Shown here: positions 63,802 to 64,000 of the stretch, piece by piece | Numbering within the stretch: position 1 is the stretch's first letter | How the letters are laid out: each line of letters opens with the position of its first letter | DNA from: Utricularia gibba | Taxonomy: Eukaryota > Plantae > Magnoliophyta | Direction: 5' to 3' | DNA length: 64,000 bases | Assembly (NCBI GenBank): GCA_002189035.1 | Contig: NEEC01000019.1 | Span: 806,001 to 870,000 of the forward strand | Position numbers and translations under genes: made by a program | Notes under the pieces: generated by a model | What the model saw: only the letters and a program-made list of their open reading frames with translations | Told to the model about the DNA's origin: nothing | The model's database searches: none

Positions 63802-63988
63802 ATGATGAAGACCGAGGGAAGAGGCAGTGCAGCGGTGGTTTCCGTGGTCATGCTGGTGGCCATGGCGGTGGTGCTTCATTCCGGCACAGCGGAAGCCGCC
63901 ACGTATGTCGTCGGAGATCGCAGGGGCTGGACTTTCAATGTCGCCAGTTGGACTAATGGCAAGCCGTTCAGAGCCGGCGACACTCTCG
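63802..63988 (+). CDS. ARPN: Plantacyanin copy E, exon 1 only (gene runs off the window end)
   Basis: MMKTEGRGSAAVVSVVMLVAMAVVLHSGTAEAATYVVGDRRGWTFNVASWTNGKPFRAGDTL followed by a GTAAGT donor at 63989. TATAAAT at ~63733. Confidence 0.88.
63812..63832 (+). promoter_or_regulatory. miR408 target site in copy E coding sequence
   Basis: CCGAGGGAAGAGGCAGTGCAG versus the miR408 complement GCCAGGGAAGAGGCAGTGCAT: 18/21 match, perfect across miRNA positions 2-18. Plantacyanins are established miR408 targets. Confidence 0.85.
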
Positions 63989-64000
63989 GTAAGTTTTTTT

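Overview
Eudicot plant nuclear DNA, gene-dense, with short introns and AT-rich spacers; the species cannot be assigned from sequence alone. Gene order: PIF3-like bHLH (+), mitochondrial uL29m/L47 (+), SKU5-similar (SKS, pollen NTP303/Bp10 type) (-), R2R3-MYB subgroup 13 (MYB61-like) (+), NSE4 (-), CAND1 (+), KORRIGAN1-like GH9A (-), MAGATAMA3-like SEN1 helicase (-), pinin (-), NOL10 (+), ARGOS/OSR (+). These are followed by an array of five plantacyanin (basic blue protein) copies at 53-64 kb, interspersed with Harbinger/Tourist MITEs. The most interesting signal is in that array. Copy E keeps a near-perfect miR408 site. Intact copy A has replaced the centre of that site. Copy B lost its promoter/start region and one Cu ligand. 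Copies C and D are decayed. Five -1 frameshifts in SKS, MYB61 and KOR1 all sit in G/C homopolymers and are most likely assembly errors rather than biology. PIF3 has a uORF-rich leader with an intron. Two GC-balanced islands (15.3-16.3 kb, 48.6-49.3 kb) look like unannotated minus-strand transcription units. No rRNA, tRNA or CRISPR was seen. Exon structures were derived by hand from GT-AG sites and recalled family sequences; no database search was run.
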